Shown here piece after piece: positions 12,030 to 21,915 of a DNA stretch of 27,628 nt. Every line of letters begins with the position of its first letter. The first letter of the stretch is position 1. Location of the stretch: contig NC_057750.1 in assembly GCF_004010195.1 (NCBI RefSeq), positions 11,089,388 through 11,117,015 of the forward strand. Reading direction: 5' to 3'. A program made the translations under genes and the position numbers. The notes under the pieces were generated by a model. It was given only the letters and a program-made list of their open reading frames with translations. It ran no database searches and had not been told where the DNA came from. This DNA is from Chiloscyllium plagiosum (taxonomy: Eukaryota).

Positions 12030-12650
12030 AAGCCTGGGCAGCAGCAGTCCCACCTCAGACTGAGACCTAGTGGGTTGAAGGCTCACCCCAGACTCTTGAG
12101 GTAGCACAGTGGTTAGCACTGCTGCCTCACAGCGCCAGGGACCCGGGTTTGATTCCAGCCTTAGACGACTGTCTGTGTGGAGTTGACACATTCACTCCAT
12201 GTCTGCGTAGGTTTCCTCCCACACTCCAAAGTTGTGCAGCTTAGGTGAATCGGCCATACTACACTGCCCAGAGTCCAGGGACATGTTGGCTAGGTGAGTT
12301 AGCCACGGGAAATGCAGGGTTACAGGAATGGGCTGTGAGTTTGGGTGGGATACTCTTCGGAAAAGCTGTTGCGGACTCACTGGGCCAAATGATCTGCTTC
12401 CACACTGCAGGGATTCTGTGATTAACATAATCCATGCTGGCCCTCCCAGTGCAGTACAAGGGGAGAAGTGCACCAATCAAAGCTTTGTCTTCAGGTACTA
12501 AACTGCAATCCCTTTTGTCCTCTCACGTTGATCTAAAATATCCCATTGGGGGCAGGGAAGTCCTCACCGGTGCCCCGGCCAATATTCATCTCTCAACTAA
12601 TCGCACTGGTGAGCAGATTAATTCATCATTTATCTCATTGCTTTTGGAGG
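12030..12650 (+). mobile_element. Deu-domain SINE split by an HE1-like insertion
   Basis: 5' part ends ...gactcttgag and resumes acataatcc...cagtgcagtac...ggccaatattcatctctcaac. Confidence 0.65.
12099..12423 (+). mobile_element. HE1/V-SINE-like SINE
   Basis: gtggttagcactgctgcctcacagcgccagggacccgggtttgattcc head; tail cacactgcagggattctgtga. Confidence 0.88.
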
Positions 12651-13119
12651 ATGAGCACATTTTTGTAGAATTGTACTCCTTCAGGAGAGAAATGGAGAAA
12701 GCTAAAAAAAATGTGACAAACAGAACGTTAGCCTTTCATGTAAGTGGGGGAATATAAGAATTAGGAAGTCTTGCTGCAAACATATCAACGTTTGGTAAAA
12801 CCACACTTCAAATGCGGTTCACAATTTTGGCCTCCTACTTAAGCATGATGTAAAGACCAGTTTTTCTTTTGAATGATACGGCTTTAACCAAGGAAAGTAT
12901 AAGAAGATGTGTGCGTGTGTTCTCAGGACGACCCAGCCCAGAGACAGTCTTATAATTGGCTTTTCAATTGTTGTGGACTCAGGGGAGCTCAGCATAGGAA
13001 CAAACACTTGACTGTTACCTGGGCAGCTGTAGCTTTGTATATGGACAATATGGCACTTGGGACATTAACGTCATTAGGTTTTATTGCCTATGTCTAATTG
13101 CTAGGTGGCTGAGAGGTGG

Positions 13120-13493
13120 GTCATAGAGTCATAGAGATGTACAGCATGGAAACAGACCCTTTGATGCAAATTTGTCCATGCCGACCAGATATCACAACCT
13201 AAACTAATCCCTCCTGCCAGCACCTGGCCCATATCCCTCCAAACCCTTCCTATACATATACCCATCCAGATGCCTTTTAAATGTTGCAATTGTACCAGCC
13301 TCCACCACTTCCTCTGGCAGCTCATTCCATACATGTACCACCCTCTGTGTGAAAAAGGTGGCCCTTAGGTCCCTTTTATATTTTTCCCCACTCACCCTAA
13401 ATCTATGCCCTCTCGTTCTGGACTCCCCCACCCCAGGGAAGAGACTTTGTCTATTTATCCTATCCATGATCCTCACGATTTTATAAACCTCTA
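13120..13493 (-). mobile_element. HER1/CR1 LINE 3' end
   Basis: ORF 13204-13476 TRGHRFRV...FFTQRVVHVWNELP is the CR1 ORF2 C-terminus; tandem tail (ctctatga) repeats. Confidence 0.9.
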
Positions 13494-13524
13494 AGTTGCT
13501 GATCTTTGAGGGGCCCTATTCTCT

Positions 13525-13742
13525 AGGAGAAAGTGAGGACTGCAGATGCTGGAGATCAGAGCTGAAAATGTGTTGCTGGAAAAGCGCAGCAGGTCAGGCA
13601 GCATCCAAGGAGCAGGAGAATCAACGTTTCGGGCATGAGCCCTTCTTCAGGGCTGAAGAAGGGCTCATGCCCGAAACGTCGATTCTCCTGCTCCTTGGAT
13701 GCTGCCTGACTGGCTGCGCTTTTCCAACAAAACATTTTCAGC
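13525..13742 (-). mobile_element. Palindromic non-autonomous Penelope-derived element with two opposed hammerhead-like cores
   Basis: Inverted arms 13561-13650 and 13653-13742; direct repeat gccctattctct at 13513-13524 and 13741-13752. Confidence 0.85.
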
Positions 13743-13804
13743 CCTATTCTCTCCCTAGTTACTCTTTTGCCCTAAATATATCATTTCAGAATAAACCACA
13801 TTGC

Positions 13805-14035
13805 TGTGGGCCTGGATTCACACATAAGCGAGACTGTGTAAAGGTGATGGATTTCCTTCCCTAAAGGACATTAGTAAAACAGACTGGTTCTTCAGGACAG
13901 ACAATGAATAAAACTGGAATTAAAATGCAATGAGCTGTACTTAAAATCCCCACGGCTGTGGTGGGATCTGAACTCGTAAGTCTGCATTATTAGTTTAAAT
14001 CTCTGGATAATTTGTCAATGAACATAATCCTGTGC
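13805..14035 (-). mobile_element. SINE-B copy
   Basis: gatttccttccctaaaggacattagt is the reverse complement of the SINE-B core actaatgtcctttagggaaggaaatc. Confidence 0.7.
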
Positions 14036-14199
14036 CTGATAAACACATGACCACATTTACAGCTGTGGGAACCAGAGAAGCTTAATCCATCGAAATTAAC
14101 TTGGGGAAATCATGGCGGGATCAGAAGTCAGACAAGTGGAAGGTTAACTCCACATTGTTGAGTAAGAGCATTAGCAACAGAAAGGCTGACATCACTTAC

Positions 14200-14362
14200 T
14201 TCAGATGGTGCAGAGAGGCCAGGCCTCGCTCGGTGACTCGAGGACAACCTGATAGTCCCAACTCTTCGAGCGAATCTCCAAACACGTACAGGCGGCTGAG
14301 ACACCAGTCATCGATGTGAGGGCAGCTGCTCAGATTCAAATACTTCAGTTCCTTCAGACACA
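14200..14362 (-). CDS. DMAC2: DMAC2/ATP5SL coding exon (probable exon 5; 163 bp, phase 1 to 2), LRR region
   Basis: Acceptor tgtgtttattcag, donor AA|gtaagt. Reads (V)[53 protein letters not shown](K); cysteine-containing LRRs with the DDWCLSRL motif typical of DMAC2. Confidence 0.96.
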
Positions 14363-14599
14363 CTGAATAAACACAAGGATATTCGAGAAAGAGAAAAAAA
14401 AACTTGCATTCACCACCTCAGAGCACTTTACAGTCAGTGAAACTCTTGTGGAAGTGAGGTCACCGTTCGAATCATAGAATGATAACAAGAGGAGATGGCA
14501 ATTTGGTCTATTGTCTCTGTGCCAGAGTTTTGCTGGCATTATTCATTTCGTCCCATTCACCTGCTCTTTCCCTACAGCCCTCTAATATTCAAAGTTACA

Positions 14600-14990
14600 C
14601 ATCACGGAAACAGATCCTTTGTTCCAACTCATCCATGCTGACTGGATATCCTCAACAAATCTAGTCCCATTTGCCAGTAGTGGGTCTATTTCCCTGGAAA
14701 CCCTTCCGATTTATGTACCCACCTAGATGCCTCTTAAATGTTGTAATTGTACCAGTCATCATCACTTCCATACACGCACCACCCTCTGTGTGGAAAATGT
14801 TGTTCCCCCCTCACTTTAAACCTATAGCCTCTAGTTTTGGACTCCTCCACCCTCTGAAAAAGGTGTTGGTTATAAACCCGAACCATGCATCTCACTATTT
14901 TATAAATGTCTATAAGTTCACCCCTCAGCTTATAATGTTCCAGGGAAAATAGCCCCAGCCTATTTAGCCTCTCCCTTTACCTCAAACCCT
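14600..14990 (-). mobile_element. HER1/CR1 LINE 3' fragment
   Basis: Similar to 13120-13493 with internal deletions. Confidence 0.8.
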
Positions 14991-15094
14991 CCAGCATCTG
15001 CAGAGCTCACTTTCTCCTAGCAATTCAAAGGCCCAGGATAATGTTCTGGGGACATCAAATCCTACCATTGCAGCTGGAAAAATTTACATTCAAT

Positions 15095-15525
15095 GAATAA
15101 GTACGGAGGGCGCGCCGCACTGCCAGAGGGCCAGCACGGAGGGCGCGCCGCACTGCCAGAGGGCCAGCACGGAGGGAGTGCATTGAGGGACTGCGGCATG
15201 GCTTTTCTTTAAAAGATGGAACATTAAACTGAGACACCTTCTGCCTTCTCAGGTGCATGTGAAAGATCTCGTGAAAACATATTAAAGTTGAGCAGGGAGG
15301 TTTCCGAACTGACTTGGTCAATATTTATCCTTGGGTCAACATCACACAAACAGACTAACTGCACATGATCACAATGCTGATTGCAGGACGTTGCTGTGTG
15401 CAAATTGGCTTCTGTATTTCCTACTTTACAACAGTGGCTACAATGACGAGCCCTTCATCAACTGCGATTTGTTTTGTGACGTCCTGGATTTGTGAAAGGC
15501 GTTACATAAACACAAGTCTTCTCTC
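15095..15525 (+). mobile_element. Deu-domain SINE with an internal 33-bp tandem duplication
   Basis: Deu-domain-like ttaaactgagac...ctcaggtgcatgtgaaagatc...ggtcaatatttatcc; tail gtgaaaggcgttacataaacacaagtctt. Confidence 0.75.
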
Positions 15526-15619
15526 TTATTTGGGAAAGGCAGGGAACTGTGGCTGTCAATGTGTGAGCAACAGATTTGATGGAGGCTTAAATTGTACACT
15601 GGAGTAGCAATCATATAAT

Positions 15620-16365
15620 CAACAATGCCCTCCAACACATCTCCTCCACTTCCCACACCTCTGCCCTTGAACCCCACCCCTCCAACCACAAGAAGAATAG
15701 AACTCCCCCTGGTCCTCACCTTCCACCCCACCAATCTCCACATACAGTGCATTACCCTTTGCCATTTTCACCACCTACAAACAGACCCCACCACCAGCGG
15801 TATATGTCCCTTCCCACCCCTATCTGTGTTCCACAGAGACGATTTCCCCCCGTGACTCCTTTGTCAGCACCACGTCACTGACCCCCGCACCACCAACTCA
15901 CCATCCACTCCCAGCATCTCCCCTTGCAAGAGGTGTAAAGACCTGCACACACACCTCCCCCCCAAGGCCCCAAAGGATCCTTTCACATCCAGCAGAGATT
16001 CTCATGCACAGCAAGCACCTCATCTACTGGGTCCGTTGCTCTTGATGGGGTCTCCTCTACACTGGGGAGACAGGACGCCAATTTGCAGAACACTTTAGGG
16101 ACTATCTCTGGGACACAAGCACCAAACAATTCCACCGCCCTGTGGCCAACCACTTCAACTGCCCTCCCACTCTGCCAAGGACTTAAGTCCTGGGCCTCCT
16201 CCACTGCCAAATCCAAGCCACCTGACGCCTGGAGGAAGAACGCCTCATCTTCCACCTTGGGACCCTCCAGCCACATGGCATCAATGTTGATTTCACCAGT
16301 TTCCTCATCTCCCCTCCCCCCACCTTATTCCAGATCCAACCCTCCAGCTCAGCTTCAACTGTCCT
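15620..16365 (+). mobile_element. Penelope-like element ORF 3' fragment (GIY-YIG region), frameshifted
   Basis: RIELPLVLTFHPTNL and HLIYWVRCS*WGLLYTGETGRQFAE motifs; paralogous to 9270-9690. Confidence 0.85.
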
Positions 16366-16579
16366 ACTGTAAACTTGGAAATTATTGGACCACTCGTAGG
16401 TTGCAAAAAGCACTCTCTTATTGTTATCAAGCCGGCTGAGAGATCAATAGACAATAAGACTAGGTTATCAATCAGATATGGCCCTGAATTTGCCATTGGT
16501 GACCTCTGAAACATAGTAAAAGACAGCATTGTTTTATAGTCCGAGTACGCTCTCTTATCTTATTTTTCTCTAAGTCACA

Positions 16580-16950
16580 GCATATAATGTTTGTTTATTA
16601 ATTAGAGGCTATTAAATAATTAATAAGTTTAGTATTGTTAAACAGAACCGCTGACGTTTTCCAATATTTGCGTAAATGTATGGGAATGAGATAAAAAAAC
16701 AAAGCTGTTAATTCTATTGGGGCTCTTTCGCACATGTTAAACAAACCAACTATTCAGAAGGCAAGCGTAAGTAGGCTGGGGAAAAACCCTGCACTGAGTG
16801 TTGCATCATGGTTCCATAGCAACTGCTATGGTAACTGTCTGATAAGCAGGACAGCCGTTAATCTGTGCCAGGATCCTTCTTATTCTCAGTCACCTAACAA
16901 CCTTTTTCACACGTCAATTTATTATTTAAAAAGGATTCCTGTAAATATGG
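16580..16950. promoter_or_regulatory. Candidate intronic enhancer with tandem RFX X-box-like sites and forkhead motifs
   Basis: GGTTCCATAGCAAC 16810-16823; GTTACCATAGCAGT (minus) 16822-16835; TGTTTGTTTA 16588-16597; TAAACAAA 16738-16745; GTAAATA 16941-16947. Motif evidence only. Confidence 0.4.
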
Positions 16951-16984
16951 AGGTTTTTTTTTAAGCTATTACTATTTTCATACT

Positions 16985-17093
16985 TGGGGAGTCCAGAACT
17001 AGAGGGCATAGGTTAAGGGTGAGAGGGGAAAGATATAAGAGAGACCTAAGGGGTAACTTGCTCACACAGAGGGTGGTATGGGTATGGAATGAG
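16985..17093 (+). mobile_element. HER1/CR1 fragment running into the assembly gap
   Basis: ggggagtccagaactagagggcatagg...cacagagggtggt matches the other HER1 copies. Confidence 0.85.
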
Positions 17094-17200
17094 NNNNNNN
17101 NNNNNNNNNNNNNNNNNNNNNNNNNNNNNNNNNNNNNNNNNNNNNNNNNNNNNNNNNNNNNNNNNNNNNNNNNNNNNNNNNNNNNNNNNNNNNNNNNNNN
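17094..17200. other. Assembly gap (107 N)
   Basis: Run of N flanked by repeats on both sides. Confidence 1.
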
Positions 17201-17550
17201 TATGTCCGAAACATCGATTCTCCTGCTCCTCGGATGCTGCCTGACCTGCTGTGCTTTTCCAGCGTCACACTTTTTGACTCTGATCTCCAGCATCTGCAGT
17301 CCTCACTTTCTTCTAGTAATCCAAAGGCCCAGGCTAATGTTCTGGGGACAGACTCAAATCCTACCATTGCAGCTGGTAGAATTTTGCTTTCACCTCTATG
17401 GTTTTATCCATTGAATGTAAGTCACAGTAAAGGTCAATTGTTGTAAAAACTGTTGTTCACTCATGTCTTTTTGGGAAGGAATTCCGCCATGCCTACCCAG
17501 TCTGGCCTACATGTGACTCCGGACTCTCAGTCATGTGATTGATTGGTAAA
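17201..17550 (+). mobile_element. Penelope pseudo-LTR 3' end (17201-17316) fused to a SINE-B fragment (about 17313-17550)
   Basis: ccgaaacatcgattctcctgctcctcggatgctgcc...cactttcttctag followed directly by taatccaaaggcccaggctaatgttctggggac. Confidence 0.8.
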
Positions 17551-17599
17551 TGCTGCACCAAACAGGTACAGAGGACAGAAATCAGGTGAACCATCCAGA

Positions 17600-18785
17600 A
17601 TCAAAACAAAAACAGAAATTGTTAGAGAAACTCAGCAGGTCTGGCAGCATCTGCGAACAGAGTTAACATTTCAAGTCCAGTTCCCCTTCTTCAGAATTGA
17701 TAGTAGCCTGGAAAATGTAATACACATGTGACGGCGACAACAGTGCAGGGTGGGGTGGGGTGACGTTGAGCAGACAGGTGGAGTTGGAGCCCAGAGAATG
17801 AGAAAGACAAAATCGGCAAAGGGATGGAAAATGTTGAGTCAGGGAGAAAGAAAGGCTGATGATGGGGACCATGAGGAGGTGGCTATGGCTTGGCTGTGCT
17901 GAAAGCAGTCCATGTCATGAGAGGGCCAGGGTTGTTGGAATGGGTAAAGGACATAACAGAAAAAAAGTGTTTTCAGGTTATTAAATTATTGAACTTGTTA
18001 CGGACCAGACCAGACCCTCTCAAAATTATTTTAAGTAGCTTAGATCCTGACTTTTTCTTAATTTAAAGGCAAATGTAAAGTCCTGTGTTTCAGATGTAAT
18101 TCGATTGGTCAAAGTGCTCAATGTCAAGCAAGTTACAGTTTAAACACTATAGTTAAGATACAACAAAAGAACAAAGAACTAAGAATAACTAAACTTTATT
18201 GGAAAACTTACCAGAATAATAGATACAGTAACTATTACTAATTAACTGTTCCAATATAGTAACATCCCAGAAACACACCTCTTGGCAAAGTCATACAAAT
18301 TGTCTCACATGCGATCCAACAGCAGAGAGAAAGAAAATATCAAGCGAAAACTCAGACATTTATCGCAGCTTCCAACCCTGTTCAGATTCCAACCCTGTTC
18401 AGATTCCAGCGGTAAATTCTTAAAGCTAAACCTAAAAACTAGAAATCCTGGTCTGTCAGAACTGTCAACACCCAGTCAGGTTGCTTCAATTGTTCTAACT
18501 ATATATAAAAAAACCCAAGGCTTCACAAGTTGTTTATCTTCTCACAGACTGCTCGTCACCTGTCCCCCCAATCTCTCTCTCTCAAAGAAACCAGGATACC
18601 TGTTAAAGTCACAGTATCACCACAAACTCTATATCGAATCCTGAAGGCAGCAGGATGTCCAAATGGAAAATGGGATGCTGTTCTTCCAGCTTGCACTGAG
18701 CCACACTGGAACACTGCAGCAGGCCCGGGATGGAAATATTGGTTAGGGGACATGGTGTTGTTTTGAAGTGGCAGGTATCAGGCCA
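17600..18785 (-). mobile_element. Penelope-like element fragment interrupted by a solo LTR
   Basis: Pseudo-LTR end with a decayed core (ctgaagaagg...gaaatgtt, minus) near 17663-17695; GIY-YIG C-terminal remnant KLEEQHPIFHL near 18660-18700. Confidence 0.7.
17996..18624. mobile_element. Solo LTR (629 bp), TG...CA ends, 4-bp TSD AACT; probably Gypsy/Ty3-type
   Basis: aact|TGTTAC...CACCACA|aact, with the TSD at 17992-17995 and 18625-18628; removing it rejoins the two parts of the surrounding Penelope fragment. Confidence 0.75.
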
Positions 18786-19002
18786 CCCTGGTACCAATCT
18801 AAGCACCAGAAACAGCAGCAACCCTTGCCCTGTCAAACAATATACAGCCGCTCATTCACTGCTCCTAAGACAAAATCTCTTCCTAATAGGGCTGAGAGAG
18901 CTGTCGCATTACCCTCTTGAGGGCAATTGGAGATGGGCAGTTAATAAGCAGAGATGGCCACATCATGTGAGCGAGTAAAGAATGCACTTCACTGATCCTC
19001 AC

Positions 19003-19142
19003 CTAAATTCTCCATCCCGTCGTAGGTTAGTAAGGAGCCGCTGGCATCGACCGCCTCGAGGGGAACATCTTTGAAATTCAAGAAATCCCAGTTGTACTTG
19101 CCCCTTCGGTTTGCGCGGATCCAGTCGTCATGGCCCGCAAAC
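19003..19142 (-). CDS. DMAC2: DMAC2/ATP5SL coding exon (probable exon 4; 140 bp, phase 2 to 1)
   Basis: Acceptor tcttgttttgcag, donor G|gtgagg. Reads FAGHDDWIRANRRGKYNWDFLNFKDVPLEAVDASGSLLTYDGMENL, resembling the recalled human FRDKEWIRPDKYG...VPVEAVDAGDCDINYEGLDNL. CpG-rich relative to the flanks. Confidence 0.95.
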
Positions 19143-19544
19143 CTGCAAAACAAGACCCAGCGGAATCATTGCCTGCGCCTCAGGCAACCCCATAGGCCAT
19201 TTATATCATACAAGGGACCCGACTGCATCTCTGCTGACACATTGCCTGATCTGCCCAGAAATATTCCCGGTGTCCTGTGCACTCCCAACAGTGCTGGAGA
19301 TTTGAAGGTTAAACACTGCCAGATGATGGAAATCCAAAATATAAATAGACACCGCTGGAGGAACTCAGCAGGAAAGTAATGATAGAAAGAGGAAAGAACA
19401 CTGGAAATTTGTGAAGAAGGAAAAGTCTTTCAGCAATGGCAGAGGCAAAAAAGATGTGGGGAAGTGCAAATCAAAGGACAAGCCATGAGCAAATGTGCTT
19501 AAATGAGCGGAAGAATTAGTTCCAGTGCCCTGCTGTCCAATGGT

Positions 19545-20410
19545 TCACTGGGCATGGATGATGTGAAACTTGGAAGCATTGTAAACCATAAGGAGGATAA
19601 AGTAGAATTTCAAAAGGGCAAAAGAAATTGGTGAAAAAAGGTAGTCAGGTAACAGATGAGGTTCAATATGTAGTGATTCGTTTTAGCTTATTGTATTCTA
19701 AACGTTATTCATTGGGACATTGAATACAAGAACAAAAAGGTTATGTTGAACTTGTATAAGATACTAATTCAGCCTCCGCTGGAGTACTGCATCCAGATGT
19801 GAATACCTTGGAAAGAATGCAGAAGGACATTATGCAAAGAGTTCCAAGGATGAGGAACTTCAGTTATGAAGACAGTTTTGAGAAGTTGGGACTGTAGAGG
19901 TAGTTTAGAAGAGGGGTCCTCCAAATCATGAGGGAGTCTGGACAGAGTAGACAGGGAGAAAATGTTCCCACCTGTTGAAGCGATTGAGATCAAGAGGTCA
20001 CATCTTTTAAAGCAGTAGTATAAGCAATGTAAGAAAAATAAACTTGTCACTGCAGGGAGTGATTCAGAAATGCACTGCCCACCCTCCTCCCTGACCTATC
20101 ACCTTCATCCCCACCCCCCCTCACCTATTGTACTCTATGCTACTTTCTTCCCACCCCCACCCTCCTCTCATTTATCTCTCCACCCTTCAGGCACTCTGCC
20201 TGTATTCCTGATGAAGGGCTTTTGCCCGAAACGTCGATTTTCCTGCTCCTCGGATGCTAGCTGAACTGCTGTGCTTTTCCAGCACCACTAATCCAGAATC
20301 TGGTTTCCAGCATCTGCAGTCATTGTTTTTACCCTGTCAGGTGAAGGCAGATTCAATGATGGTATTCAGAACAGATTTTGGCAGTTATTTGGCAGTATGT
20401 AGGGTATTAC
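19545..20410 (+). mobile_element. Old CR1 fragment interrupted by a Penelope pseudo-LTR
   Basis: gttatgttgaacttgtataagatactaattcagcctccgctggagtactgcatccag encodes VMLNLYKILIQPPLEYCIQ. Confidence 0.7.
20075..20335 (+). mobile_element. Penelope pseudo-LTR with an intact minimal hammerhead core
   Basis: attc-CTGATGA-a-gggc-tttt-gccc-GAAA-cGTC-ga at 20204-20237; closely matches 27409-27628 in reverse orientation. Confidence 0.85.
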
Positions 20411-20574
20411 CTGAAATGGCTGGTCTCCCACTCCTGCACTGTTACCTGTAATATCCCCAAGAATCTATTCTTGGCCCTGTTCTATTTCTTATCTACATGC
20501 CGTCCCTCGACAACACAGATTCCACACGTACACTCACAACACCTGGCTTTATTGCACATGGCGTAATTTTCCAC

Positions 20575-20701
20575 TGGAGGTGCTAGTGTTGGACTGGGTG
20601 GGACAAAGTCAGAAGTCACATGACACCAGGTTATAGTCCAACAGGTTTATTTGAAGTCACAAGCTTTTGGAGTGCTGGGCTTTCAAATAAACCTGTTGGA
20701 C
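20575..20701 (-). mobile_element. Short palindromic Penelope-derived element (same family as 22501-22700), core deleted
   Basis: Inverted repeat gtccaacaggtttatttgaa (20636-20655) and ttcaaataaacctgttggac (20682-20701). Confidence 0.75.
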
Positions 20702-21139
20702 ATTTCAGTGAGAGACCACCTCATTAAAATCAAAAATTAACAAAATATGAACTATTGAGCCAGATTTCAGTCTGGGATCTGACTTGTCCAGTAATAATAT
20801 CAATTGTGATCACAACACAATGCCTGAATCGCCCACCGCCACTGTTTCATGCCAGGCACAGTGAAGTGGGCATGACCCGACTGATGCCATTTTGGAGTTG
20901 CCTCACTTATTCCTGGAGATTCTCTCCTGCTGGCCGCTTCCTTTCTTCGCTGTCCAGTTTCCCCTCAACCCTCCCTCTTGCACCCCACACTGCCTTCTCC
21001 AATTCTTCGGATTGCCACTTCATTCTGAGATAAACAAGTAGGAGACTGAAAGAACACAGTGGGCCAGTGTTTTAAAAAATCTCAAGGTCAGGTTCGTAGG
21101 AGAGTAGTCTGACACAGAACAAACGACCAAGAGGCGAGT

Positions 21140-21265
21140 TTGGGGTGTAACCCACCCCCACCCCTGAAGAAGGGTTACACCCGAAATGTTGACTTCTCCA
21201 CCTCCTGACTGTGCCTGGCCTACTGTGTTATTCCAGGCTCCTGCTTATCTACCTTGGATTCCAGT
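21140..21265 (+). mobile_element. Penelope pseudo-LTR remnant of another subfamily with a hammerhead-like core
   Basis: CTGAAGA-a-gggt-tac-accc-GAAA-tgtt at 21164-21190, preceded by the short inverted remnant ggggtgtaaccc. Confidence 0.7.
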
Positions 21266-21834
21266 TTTTTTGTCTCTATCTTCACTCTGAGCCTCCTGCT
21301 CACTGCCTTGCCCCCACTCACCATCTGCCTGCTCAACCCTGATCCTTCACTTCTCTCCCTGACTCTCCCATATGCCCATTCCCCCCTCAACCCTCCACCC
21401 TCCACCTTCACTTCCCTCCCAGACTGTCCCACATGATAATTCCTTCATCAACCCTCCCCCTGTCGTTTCCTTCCCCTACTCTTCTGCTCATTCCACCCCC
21501 CCCTCCCCCCATCTGACTTTTTCACTCGCAGTAAGGATTCAGCAGAGAAAGGTTTGGCTTATGGGATTGGTGGTTAGTGTGGGGTAAGTGGAAACTTTTT
21601 TTTGCCTAAAAGTCAAGGTCATCACAAGATTGACTATTCCTCAAGTACATGCAGTACATCAAGGAGATGGATTACACTGATATGGTGCAATACTATAAGG
21701 CAGCAGGAGCATAAAGTTTGGCAGACTCACTGGCATGAATATCCTCTCCCTCATTCCGTTTTCAAATGTTATTGGTCTGTATTATACACAGCAACAATTG
21801 TATGGAGCACAGGAAGACTGACACCATGACATAC

Positions 21835-21915
21835 CGCACAGCTCCACGTTGCTGCAGGATGTAGTGAGCTGCTGCAGCATAAACACCATACATTTTCTTG
21901 GTATATCCATAGTAT
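21835..21915 (-). CDS. DMAC2: DMAC2/ATP5SL coding exon (probable exon 3; 81 bp, phase 2 to 2)
   Basis: Acceptor ttttctctctatttcag, donor CG|gtatgt. Reads (I)YYGYTKKMYGVYAAAAHYILQQRGAV(R), resembling the recalled human HGPYGAGAFFILKQGGAVK. Confidence 0.93.

Noticed and set aside
12099..12170. tRNA-like sequence with A/B boxes (also at 1-89, about 2690-2756 and 24600-24670)
   Set aside because: These are SINE heads continuing into SINE bodies, not tRNA genes.
21539..21625. Intronic C box (GTGATGA) and D box (CTGA) spanning 87 nt on the sense strand, suggesting a C/D snoRNA
   Set aside because: No terminal stem, no evident C'/D' boxes and no recognisable rRNA-complementary guide.
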